Below are positions 1 through 12,942 of a DNA stretch of 64,000 nucleotides, piece after piece. Below the pieces are notes generated by a model. It had not been told where the DNA came from. It saw only the letters and a program-made list of their open reading frames with translations, and did not search any database. Location: positions 2,725,836 through 2,789,835 of the forward strand of contig NW_002060949.1 in the NCBI RefSeq assembly GCF_000150275.1. Direction: 5' to 3'. Each line of letters begins with the position of its first letter. Position 1 is the stretch's first letter. The translations under genes were made by a program, and so were the position numbers. Origin of the DNA: Trichoplax adhaerens. Its lineage: Eukaryota; Animalia; Placozoa.

Positions 1-481
1 ATCAACTTGAAATAAAACAAATCAATCTTACTTTCTATAGCTCTTCAGCTAGTGCTATGATACCAGCCCAGAAAATGACAAACTATTTTTGATTCTTTTA
101 AATTAACTTAATTCATTTATAATAGAATTACTTGCATGCTAAAATCATTTTTGTTCGTACATTAACTAATATTTCTTTCAGCTACCGTACAGTTGAATTA
201 TACAGATATCATAAAGCAGAACAGATACATTAGATTATAACCACAACATTTAAACCTACATACAATTTAACGTAAATATTATAATTCAATTTTGGTAACG
301 ATAAAGAGATTGAAATCATGCTTGCATGATTGATATCAGATTATTTCACTTGTGCACTTATAAAATATCTTTTATAAATTGGCTATAGGTTAATACACAT
401 AGGCAATATTATTGATTTGAAAAAAATTCTCAGATGGCCATTATGAGAGTAGGTTATAAAAGTATATATATCGAGATTGCT

Positions 482-3400
482 TTAGCTGCTACCACAACAG
501 CCACGTTTCTGATTACTATTAGGGCGGGAATGATTTTGAATAGAGATTGTTTCACTTGCTTGTGATCGTTTTCCTGGCATCTAAAATAACAATATCCAAA
601 TAAATAATAAGTTATCAGAAATTACACACCGTGTACGATTATATCACTGATGTAAAATATTAATGTATGGGTATACGCGTACTTTATTTAATATGTCATT
701 GGCCAGTCCAAGAAATGCCTGGATGAAAAAAGATGAAAATACTTCGTAAATTCTTGCAATTGAAATAGAATTAATGAAAGTATAGATATACGCAAACATT
801 GCAAGCATGCAATTGCTAGATAACCTGATACTTACCGCATCGATATTAATATTTGTTTTGGCACTTGTTTCCATAAATCGGATACTGTGTATCCTGGCCA
901 ACTTAAAAATGAAAAACATTGTCAGCATTAGAAATATCAATATCACTAAATATCGAAGCTGCCTTTTGGCGAATATAAGAGATTGATACCTCTTCTGCTT
1001 CAGATTTCAATACTTCTCGCTTATCTGCTTCATCAACTTTATTTCCTAAAATTATCTTTTCTACGTCTTTACTAGCATGCTGGGTGATAAAATTTTAAAT
1101 ATCAAATTGTAGTAGATTCTGAACGTTTTATAATTGATTATCACTTTAATAGTAATACCCATCGTCATACAATTAGTTGCTATCGGCAACATTATAAATA
1201 ATTGATACATATTGTGATATCCTGGTTATTTTAAAGTTAATTACTCCATACCTCATCGATATTGCGAATCCATTTATTGATATTTTCAAATGATTTTCTC
1301 TGTGTTAAATCATATACCAGCATAATTCCCTGCACATTTATAATAGTTCACATTTATTATGGCGATATTCAGGTAGATAAGCAGTGATTCGCTATAACAG
1401 TTTACTTATTTATTATCCGAGAGTGAACTTACGTATCTTTCAAATTATTTATTTATCAAATAGCTATTTTACGTGATCTTAAACAGAAAATGTAGTTTAT
1501 AGCATTTGATGATATGATACTATCAACTAGACTATTATATCTAGTCCACCTATTATATAGTTGTAGACATATAATTTGTCATTTGCAATTGTGGTATTAC
1601 CGCAACGCTTAATTAATATCTATAACTGGGTATTTCTATCAGAAGAATTATACTTTCAGCTATATTTTTATGTACTAGCTTTACTATTATTATCACGGGG
1701 GATAGAAGAAATTATAAATTGACATTTTAAATATTATCACCAGCCATACACTAGAATTAAATTGTAAAAGTACGACTATATAGAGTTTTATATCTTTGGC
1801 AATAGTTACCTTTGCAAGAGCTATTACTAATCATAAGTGCTGATTCAATACTAAAAGATGAAATGTCGTATAAGAACTAGGTTTTTGACGAATTTAGAGA
1901 TTGGCATGTAAAGTAATAAACTCCAGTAGTATCAATAAAAGGAAATAGCTATAAGTTGGCACCTGGGTTTTATTAAGGTATTAGCATCATAAAGGATACT
2001 TATGATGCGCAAGTTGTAAGGAGATTAAATATTAAAATTTAAAGTATCTAGTGAATAGATGCAGCAATTTATGGGCTAGTAAAGTTTTAAAGTAGCAATA
2101 AAGAACCCCACCTATGAATTTTTAAACCTATAGCATGTTTCAAGAAGTTCGACAGTCTTTGAAGCTAAAAATTAGAATCTACCGCCGACTTACCATTGCA
2201 CCCCTGTAATAGGATGTAGTAATCGTATGAAATCTCTCCTGACCAGCTGTATCCCTAAAAATAGACGAAATAATGAAATGTAGAGAAGATTTGTAGTTTT
2301 AAAACAAATATTATTTCATTTATAGCTGGTATTTTTTCATAAAAACTATATCAAACATAAAATTATTACAGTATTATCAGTACGTATCTCGGACATATAA
2401 ACTAAAGATAGAGTCGATTTCCAACCTATGCAGAGTATACTCTTAACTATAAAAAGATATAATTCTATATAGGCATTAAAATTATCAATTCATGATATGC
2501 CTAAATGCAATAACTTAATAATTATCCAATCTTACCATATTTGTAATTTAATCTTTTTTCCTTGCAGTTCAATCGTTTTGATTTTAAAATCAATTCCTAT
2601 TGTAATGATCATTATTTAATCCGGCATTAGTATTCACATTTACGGTAAATAAATTTCTAGAAATTGCGAACTTCTAAAGCGATTGTCAAAATCTTTAAAG
2701 AATGAGAATCTTTTCTGTTTATTTCGATATGAACATTCTAGCCGTTCACTTACAATTTCGAATAAGTAAAATATTGACTATTCTAAGACTGCCTAAGTAT
2801 TAGCTACTATAGTAGCTAGCATAGTTGTAATAGTTGTCGTATCTAATATGATCTGATATACTATAGTTAGATGTCTTAATTAATAACAAGAAATTATAAG
2901 TTTTTAACGTATGCGGACGCTTTAGAAAATTGGGGATATGACAGTAAAGATCATTACACTTAATCAATATCCACATCAACGGAAAATACAAATGTGGCTT
3001 GATTTAACATATTTGGAGTTATAAAATGTATCAGTTTTCGTGAATATAACTATCATATATTGATGGTGAAAATAGCTACTAGATAGAGAAATAAGTCCTG
3101 TGAATAAAAAACTGATCAAGGTCACGTCCGATGGAAATTTTATGGCAAGTAAGATCGGGAACCGATTACTGTACTAAATTTATCTTATAATCGGATTTAA
3201 TAGCAGTCAACTATATTTGCTTTAGGTATGGAAATAGAATTTGCGATCAAGTTCTAAGAATTGAACTCTCTTATCGCGAACCGTATGGGGAACTGAATGC
3301 TAAAAAATTTTCGTCTAAGTAGCTTGATGATCAACGAGGGGTTTTTCATCAATTGTAAAGTAATATTAAAGATCGATTAATCACCAGGCCGAAATTTCTT

Positions 3401-4637
3401 ATTGTGAGTTGCGTCCTTACTAATTTTTTTCCTTATAACCAGACGATTACCTGGACACTTCGTATACGTTACGGCGATAACTGTTGTAATATATTGCTCT
3501 GTAGATATCTTAACCACAAGGTTAATTTAGCACAATCCCACTAATTCTACTGAAATGACCACATGTCAATGCTTCGTGTAACGGTTATATCAAACTAATC
3601 CTCCTCCTGTAAATAGATTGGCAATATATTGCTAAAGAAATTAGAGATAGCTAAGACTATAAGTTAATCAATCTATGATTTCTTGAGGTATCGTGCAAGA
3701 ACAGCAAAACAACTAATCTGTTAGGGGCCTTGTAATGTTACAACTTTTTCCTCCGCTAGAAATTTAATCTTCTAGGTGCATATTGTATCTCCGTATTGCA
3801 TGTATTACTAACTCTTGATGTTATAATTTAAAGTAAATTATAAAGATATATGAATATTTGCAATAGCTTAAACATAGACAAGAAATTCCTATTTGCTCTA
3901 GGAATTCATGCAATAAATCTATAAAACGTATTTTCATTAAACACTTTCCTACGCGAAGGATGATGATTGCAAAAGGTCCTTTTTGATCAGATAAAATTTG
4001 AACTAACTAGCAATTGCCTAAATATATGAACTCAAAATTAGCATCTACTTTATAGTCTTTATTAATCGATAGAAGGAGAAGCCCTATGGTTATCTAACAT
4101 GCAATTGAACGAAATAAATTTTACTAAAACAGAGTAAAAGATTTGTAGAGCATCGATTAATTCCTTGTTTGGTTTGACACTTTGTTTAAGTAATATACGG
4201 AGTTGATCAGCTGAAGCTTAAAATAGATGATAAAAAGACGAAATCGATAATCAATATCGGTCAAATTTTAATTAGTCAGGCATAAATCCTGGATATTCAG
4301 CTAGAAGCACTGAGAAGATATGTCAGTTTGCATCAGAAATAGAATAAGATGGATAAATTTGATATATATGGATTCAAGGAAGATATAGCGGGAGGTTAAG
4401 AAGTAGAATTCAGCTAGAAAGGTAGAGAGGTCTCCAAGCGAACACAAAAAGGGTGAAATTCAATATTAGTACATCATGGTTATTATAACATATGGTAGTG
4501 CTAGGCTTACCTATAGTGGATATAAATGTGGTATTGAATGCATCATCAGAAAATCGAAACAGGATGCATGTTTTACCAACACCGCTATCACCAATCAATA
4601 ATATTTTAAATAGGAGATCGTAAGTTTTTTTCGACAT
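482..4637 (-). CDS. RAB10: Rab10 small GTPase (Rab8/10/13 group), 8 coding exons, 205 aa
   Basis: Hand-spliced exons, all GT-AG: 4637-4511, 2596-2536, 2254-2194, 1329-1252, 1079-990, 901-836, 718-683, 580-482 (618 nt, in frame). Motifs: [23 protein letters not shown] (P-loop), [13 protein letters not shown] (switch I), [34 protein letters not shown], and C-terminal prenylation motif GCCGSS*. The KKTYDLLFK start and FHTITTSYY are Rab10-type rather than Rab8-type. Confidence 0.93.
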
Positions 4638-5449
4638 GGCTGAGTAATCCTATCTGTTCCTACGGCTAGATTTTCAATTCCTTGGTAAATATGAAGATAG
4701 TTCTTTCTAACTATGACGTTCACAAGGTTAACTTGAACTTTTAAGAGATAGTGGCAAGAAGGGTTATATAAGCAGCTTCTTTTTTCTTTTAGCGTTGTTA
4801 CAGCCCACAAAACTTGTATATGCTTGACGAGTAATAGCCCAACTCTGTCCTACCAATATAGTCAGTACTCCCCTACTCGATATCGGTTAGCCGAACTTTC
4901 GGAATGGAAAAGCATAGTCTTTTCAAGTAATCGTCCTATACCAGACCCAGCATAAACAGATAGATATTTTCTATATATAAAGATACCTACATCGACGGCA
5001 ATCTATTTGTAAGTAACCAGTAAAAACCGTTACTATATCGTCTTGCGCGTTAGTATATTCAGCTAAATTTCACCATATGGTTATTAATTTTCTCGTTCAT
5101 GACGTATGAAGCAGCTTCGTCATTTTTTCTTCTAATTGAGTTCAAAAGGTTTTATAAGGAATACAATGAGCCATACTATCAATATCACTCTTATTAATTC
5201 GTTACAAGAAAGCAACCAAATTTCTGTAAGTACACTACGTTCTCATTTCATGTTAAGATCTTTACCTGAAAGAGGGATGAAAAAATCCATGTGGCATTAG
5301 TAATGATATTAAAATTTAAATGCATTTTATTTCAGTCTATTGCTAGACTTATTCTTTTGTAATTATTATCGATCGGCAGAAACTCATGTGCTACCTGTAT
5401 TGACTATAATCCTGTCAAGTAATAATTAATTGGGTAACATAGCTTACAG

Positions 5450-5980
5450 TAAAGTATGACTAGTTTCTTCTTATTGTATACAGCAAAGAGCAAGTACATC
5501 TTTATACCTAGGTCTAAAATCGAATTGTCCAATACGATAACGAAATTGTAATTTCTATATAATACTTCCGGCTAATAGTAAAAATTGATGCAACTTTTAT
5601 AGAATTTTCTGCCATGATATATGCAAAGTATGCAGCAGTATGATTAGTTTCTTGCTATTGTATAACAAGTAAGTATGTCTCTCTATGTAGGCCTAAAATC
5701 GAATGATCTGACACGATGACAAAGTTGCAATATCTACGCAATGCTACTGTTTTATAGTAAATTGATGCAACTTTTATAGAATTTTCTGTCATGATCTATG
5801 CAAAGTATAAAGTAGTATGACCGAACTCTTTATTATTGTATAAAAAAGTAAGTACGTCTTTATACCTAAGTCTAAAATCAAATGGTTCGACATGATAACA
5901 AAATTGCAATATTTATGGAATGCTACTGGTTAATAATAAAATTGATGCAACTTTCATTGGAATTTTTGCCATGATATAGG
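5450..5980. repeat. Diverged tandem repeat, 3 copies of a ~178-180 bp unit
   Basis: AATTGATGCAACTTT recurs near 5583, 5760 and 5940. CTAAAATC(G/A)AAT, ATTGTATA..AAGTA and CATGAT.TA recur with the same spacing. Confidence 0.9.
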
Positions 5981-8900
5981 CTAGTATTTATAATAACGTG
6001 ATTCAAGAATATCATGACAAGAACTTTGGTTTCTTATTAACTTCACTTTAATACAAGAATTAGATCTACTGGTAGGAGCTCTCTGCGCCTATCTTTGAGT
6101 GAAGATATTTCAAATTGCATACTGTCGGCATCTTCGGCAATGAGACACTTTAATAATCTTATAATCTATCCTATAGGCTTAATCTATTTCGGAGCTACTT
6201 TATACCTTACCTTCTCGACAACAACTTTACTCCTATGAAAGTGCTTTATTATTCGCATTAACATACAGATTATTGCCGACATAAAGTCGTATTTTCAATA
6301 TTGCTCTCCAGTCTGTATTCCAGTATCTACGACAATAGATATTTGATTCGTTCTCATATGTATAGTTTTAATTAAGTCTCCTATGATTACTTTAAAATAA
6401 GGCTACCTTCAATTAAAAGATATTCTTCTATACGGCTATCCAAAATATACCAAGTCTGATTAGATCGTAAATATACTAATAGCTTCATCATATTTCAAAA
6501 CATTTTCAAATTAAGCACACTGTAGCTAAAGCTGGTAAATACCAACATCTCATATCGTTAAATCAATGTTTATCTAGAAAACTCTAGAGTGACATTTATA
6601 GATGAAAAACTAATACAAGTATCATTAGATCAATGATTTCGTTTAAACATATATGAAGTAATTTTAACCATTTTTCCGTAAAGATATTGTAAAATCGAGA
6701 GCTCTGTGATTCATTATATACTCGTACATTATTTACGGTTCCTTCGCTAAAAGTTCTGTAACATTCTTTATGCGGAGTATCCAATTGTTCGTGAGATGTA
6801 ATAGCGCCAATAATTAATCTCATAAATTATTTCTGATCGGCTAATTGTACAGCAAATGAGTTCTTGATTCATTTAAAACTTGACGAATCTCCAATTCTTT
6901 ATCCTACTGGTATTGTAAATTTATATCATAAATGATATTTCGTCTTATATATAGAAAGTGATTATCATCGAAATTTGATACCTATACCACTCTGGATTAT
7001 TCCTTAACAAAAACGGCAATATGACGAGAGTTTTTTGTCACAAACTTAACTTCTATACTAGTTGAAATAAATTATATTTACTTAAAGATATTATGTATTC
7101 TTACCTAACTATGTCAACTTTTTATTACCATGGTTACTAATTGAGATATTAAAATCACTCAACTCTTCGTCCATTCTTTCTCATAAGTAATTTTCTAAAG
7201 CAATGATACCAATAAATGAACATATTTTATTTTGTAGACACAATGATATCAGGACCATTTTGCTTACACATACACTGATTACACATATATTATAGTATCT
7301 GTCCTTGAAGTTATTTGTTTTAATATTAATGACATTCTAAATACCTTCCTAATTATTGTCGATAATCATCACGCTGATATTTAACAAGCGTTATAAAAAT
7401 ATTTAATGATTTATTTCTTAATGATAGCGGATATATTTCTAAAACTATCGTTTCCAGTAATGTATTTTATATGCAAGTATGAATCATATATTTAAAATTC
7501 TAAATACTGGCTCAGCTACTGCCAACATTGCCGTAGCACCATTTTGGTAGTAAGACAACGAGAAATACTAAATATAATTTCTGTAGTTATTCTTATTATG
7601 CGCTATTAACTATAGGATGCGACAAACGGTTCCTATAAATCGTATTCACTTTTAGTAAAGTATTTTAGATAAATGCACCCTTAATATAACACCATTGATC
7701 TATTTTTATCAGTTAAAAGATTTATTTATTGACTCGTTTTTTAAGACATACTTATTACTACGCATCAGCGAAATCTATTTCACACATTTAACCCTACTTG
7801 ATTTTAAGAGAAATAATTTAGGCTACACTCTTAGCATCGATTTATTTCATAAGTTGAAATATTTACTTGTAATAATTATTAAGAATACACTCCTGACTAG
7901 CTAGTATCGCAATACGTACCATAAATAATGTATGCAATAACCGTTATCAGCATCAATGCATTTCTCTGGTTCAAATATTTAGTAAATGATTGTTCGTGAC
8001 ATAATATTCACTACGAATTGTCGTGGTCCATTTTTATATATAAGCCATGTTCGGTTTCAAGCACAGCTATTTGAATCCTACCTTTGCCCTAATACAGCAG
8101 TATCATTCTATTATTTTGCATTATTAGTTGAAATACTCATTGAAGATTGCAACGAAGGCAGTATCCTTAAAAAACTGATTTAACAGGAAAATTAAAATTT
8201 ATTTCAATCTTTACAATATAGATTTTAAGGGAAATATTATTAAAATATTAATCTTCTTCATCCTTATTGTAATTTCCGAGCCTAATTTAAATTACATAAC
8301 ATAGATAAAATCATAACAGAACGTAAACGTAAAGACAGATATGCGTATAATTTGAAATTATACAAAATTTTACCATATTTTACCATTACCATTACCCTAA
8401 CACGTACCAAAAGATATAAATATTGAATCGCTTTGTAGTTGATTAGATATAATTAGCCTATCATAGTTAGTTTCAACTTGATCACTGTTATGTAATGAAA
8501 ACGATTAACGTGATTAAGGTCAATCAAACCTCGATCAATTTCACGTCAGTTATTATTTATGTGAATCTATATCGTATGTTGTAATGCACACATCTATTTA
8601 TTCTGCATTGTTCAAAGTTTACGGATGAATAATTATATAATTATAAGATTATATTTAAATTTTTTCTAAACTGAGACACAATATACATTACAATTATAAC
8701 GTCATAATTTTGAACTATTTCTGATCATGCGGTTATTCATCATGAGTGTGTTTGTTTAATAAGAATAGTTTTTATTAGCTGTACAATATCATAGTCGCAT
8801 CATCAGAAAACCTTGGTACCTTTCATAACAATGACACGATTGAATTGTAATAGTTCCAAGTATTAATATAGATACTATGGCTGGCATTCTGATACATATT

Positions 8901-10351
8901 TATTCCTGATAAAGAACAGGCTATATGTTTAAAGCTCAGGCTATATGTTTAATGAAAAATATATGTTGCTACCTCTTATTATCGTTGTATTTATCATTAA
9001 TTTAATACCATCGTCAAGAAATCTTTATTTTACGTTCTCCAGTACAGTGATCAACGTAATATTTTTTCATGCATTAAATTTCGATCAGGTCTGAACTCAA
9101 CCTATATTATTAAAATAGAACTAGATAAAAATAAATTTACGTCTTCTATAAAAAAATGATATCTTAATAGCTGATCATTTAATTTAGTGTAGATATAAAT
9201 ATTTAAGGTTTAAGCTATAAGATATAATTAATCTGAGCACAGTAGTATTATAAATGGCTTGTATCTTACTTAGAAATAGATACATTCGATATTTCGATAA
9301 TTTGTTTGTTGGAAGACGATAGAATATTATAATTTCTAATTAGCTGCTTAGCTACGATAATAACTAATGATACCTTAATGTTGACGACTTCTATACAATT
9401 CATCAGTTATTATGGTAAGGCCTTGCTTAAATGGAAAGCAGCTAGAAACTGATCTATATCCTTCTGCTGCAATCTCTTATATGTAATAGTCTAGATTTCT
9501 TTTAATAAAGAATATAAAATTTCTAGCTATTTCTCTACAGAATAATCTAAAAAAAGTGGGGATATTACTCATCAAACATTGTCATGCTTATCTAGTTTAG
9601 AAGAAAATAGCTTGAAAATAGCGCGATATCATTTAGTTACAACATCTCCCACGAATGTAGTCAGTTTTACCATAAAGAGGAATAAGTGATACGTATCTCC
9701 TAATTTTCGTGACTTTCTATGTAATTTACAATACTTAGTAATCTATGCTATGAAATATTGCTATCTTGTCTAGGTAAAAGGAAAGCAGAAAGATAAGGAT
9801 TGATCTGATCTTTATGCTTCAGTGCCAATTATGCTGCAGTCAAATTTACTACAATTAGGAAATGAATAATACTCTAAGCCAAGCTAGAGCACTAAACTGG
9901 CTAATTGATATTCATAATCAATTTATTGAATGGTCGTAATTTTATCTTGATCATCTCGATCATTTTGTATGTCCCCATAGTTGGGTTCTAGGTTTGATCA
10001 TTTTATACAGAATTTATAAAATTAATGATTGCTATATGCAAAATTGACTAATTCTAAAATCTAAAATAATTTTACATGCATACATGTAAATATTCCGATT
10101 TAAAGAATGATAATAACATAGTAAGGGAAATGGGAAACGGGTAAAACGAGAATCTGTTAAGGTGTGAATTAAAACAAGCAAACTATGGGCTTACCAATCA
10201 TTACCATCAATTGTTACTACTGCACTACTATGATGATCCAATATTCAGTCTAAGGTAAAATAGTGAATTATTATGACCGTTACTATCAAGTTACGATTAG
10301 CACCATTTATAAGCAACCTTGCCACCTTCATTGCATACAAACAAAATCCAC

Positions 10352-10414
10352 GTTGCTAAGCAACTGCATAAACCAGTGCATTGTGGGATGGAATGGACAA
10401 TGTTGATTGGCAAC
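10352..10414 (+). promoter_or_regulatory. RFX X-box motif(s), probable MAK promoter
   Basis: Near-palindromic GTTGCTAAGCAAC at 10352-10364 and a second X-box-like GTTGATTGGCAAC at 10402-10414. Candidate donors follow (AAG|gtaggc at 10562, AAG|gtaaga at 10724), with acceptors just before the MAK ATG (12855, 12934), implying a non-coding first exon. Confidence 0.6.
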
Positions 10415-12942
10415 TAGCCGAAATGATGATTGCGCCATTTAGCATTATAGAAAGGCCTTGATTCCAACCTCTGGTTGGGTAGTTGTAGTTAGATAAAAGA
10501 CTTGATCTAAACTATATGATCAAATTGATTAATCTTCCTTAGTATCGACGGGTTGTTCAAGGTAGGCAATTTGACTCAAGTTTACTGTTATCGATAGTGT
10601 AGAGGCAAAAAGAACGGAAAAATAACGCTAAATCGATAGAATTGAATTATAAAATCAAAATATCCAACTTTAAAAGTTGCTCTTCCGTTATTTCCCAAAT
10701 AATTGTATTAATTTCGTCGCAAGGTAAGATATGGAATAGATGTTTGATCCTCTAATCGAAATTTTTCAAGCGATCTATCGTAATTTATATCGAAAGTTCT
10801 ACATTGATTTTAAGAACAAAATATATTCAACTTCTAAAGTTTTATCGATCCTATTTCTATATTATTCACATCAATACCCCCAACAAGAGAAGATAGAACT
10901 TATATATTTGAACATTCAGTAAAAATTTTCAACTTATTTCTCACTATCCATTTTGAAAATCCTAGTTGAATATTTATTTCATCTCCTATATGTAGTAAAT
11001 TACAACTTACATAGAAAATTCTACTTGTGATTCGATTTTTAACATGAAGATATCTTTTTAAAAGAGTATTTTTTATAGTACTCCTGAGTTAATCACTTCG
11101 ATCGCGTAGCAAGACTAAATATAGTATTATTACCGTCCTACTTCAGTCTTCGAATTGAAATTTTTTCAACTAATCTGTCGCGACGGATGCCAAAAATCTT
11201 ACTAGAGTGCTCTATTTGATCATCTCCATGATGTTGCTCATATTGATTTGATTAGATGGCTAACATATCAGTCAAGGCTGTATTTTATAATAACCAACAC
11301 AATGTAATGATCTTCTCACCTATCTATCTAAAGCAACGACAGCTCGCTATCATTTTCGTTATTTTATTTTTCTGCGCACGATAGATACTTTCCCTTCTAG
11401 AAATCTTAAAGGCTATTTATTATACCTATGATAAATGTCTGCTAAATTTCGATATCAATTTGCCTTTGTAGTGTAGTTGCTTTTGGTATTTCCTTTCGAA
11501 AGTTGGAATATAAATAGATAGGGCTACGAAATTTTACTTTTAATTTCATCAGTTTTTCATGGTGATAAATTTTCCTAAGTTTGATTTCTAGGTATAAAGA
11601 TCGAGATTTATCTACATTATTAACGTATTTGTTAACCGTATGCTAACCATGCTGTGAACGAAACGATTCAATTTAATCTACTAGACTTTCTGTTCCTATT
11701 TTACGATCATTACGGATCATCTAGATGAAAAATTTTTATTTTACAGTCATCATTACCGACCGTTCTTATTATAATTCGTCTTCATGAAGATCAATTAATT
11801 TTACTATACCTTGAGGGTGTAGTGACAGTTAACTTTGATCACAATTTTAAACCTACGCTACGGAAATAACTAAGTACTGGTACTACCAACATTTTTGCTT
11901 TTAAATGGTTAATATTACCGATATCTTACCTGTCCTCATGTAAACTAAATTCAAATTGATGTCTTTGTTATAAGTTGACTGAAAATAGAATACTTTTGCT
12001 CATTTTTAATTAGTAATGTGATCGTAAGGTACTACCGTGTTTTCAATTGACATTATCGAGATAGTCATTGTAATTGATTTAAAGGTTAATACGGCTATTG
12101 CAAAGATAACTATTGGAATGATGACATAATTTCCTACGCAGTAAATCAACGATATCTACCCTTGCTCCCCTCTTGATAGCTATGATCTTAATCTTAGTAG
12201 TTACAAATTGACAAATCCGACATTGAATGTAATCATAGAATGCTATGATCACTTCTAAATCGGTAGAAATAGAATCAATTGCGTAAAAAGATAGCCTCAA
12301 TGAATTATCTAGGCGGCTTTCCTTTTTTACTATGGTATAAGTGTAGATTATTTTGGGGCACTTGATTATATTGTAGCTTATGGAGATGAAGAACATCATG
12401 ATTCTTATTTAATTTAAGATCCACTAGGCACCAATAAAATAATGCAAGAAATACATATTTGATATCGCATTGTCAATTTACTCAATTAATATTAAAATTA
12501 ATTTTATGATTCATACTGTAATAATAATTACGATCAACAATAAACTAAGCATTAATAGCTTGTCAGATCTGTTTAGTAGTATTCTCAATGGAATTCGCTC
12601 TTTAACCGTGATATTCTTTCTTTCGCTCTCCTAATGATAGATTTTGATAGAAAATAGTCATCTTTTAGCTTCTACCTATGAACTAGCTAAAAAATAGGAC
12701 ATTACTGGAACAGATTGATAAAGTAAAAGCTCTATGGTGGGTTAAAGAGAATCAAGTGAAGATTGGAAAGTAAATAGTGAAAAAATTGTAACCTTTACTT
12801 TTCCTGGATTCAGTCAAGGACTCGCCCTAATATTATTACTATTTTATACTTGTAGATATTCAGATAGTATACAAATTATTGTGGTTATTCGTTGATTTGG
12901 AATTTGGGTTGCGGTAATTGGATTATCCTTACAGTCCTCAGC

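Noticed and set aside
644-946. 100-aa ORF on the - strand
   Set aside because: Read-through of Rab10 exons 6-7 and their in-frame intron; not a separate gene.
6211-6326. Exon-like segment on - with good acceptor and donor
   Set aside because: All three frames contain stops; at most a non-coding 5' exon of Rab10, unsupported without RNA data.
8917-8952. 16-bp direct repeat CAGGCTATATGTTTAA x2 (similar case at ~46271-46311)
   Set aside because: Only two copies with a 4-nt spacer; ordinary slippage duplication, not CRISPR-like.
10423-10510. ATGATGA C-box-like motif
   Set aside because: No downstream CTGA D box or terminal stem, so no support for a C/D snoRNA.
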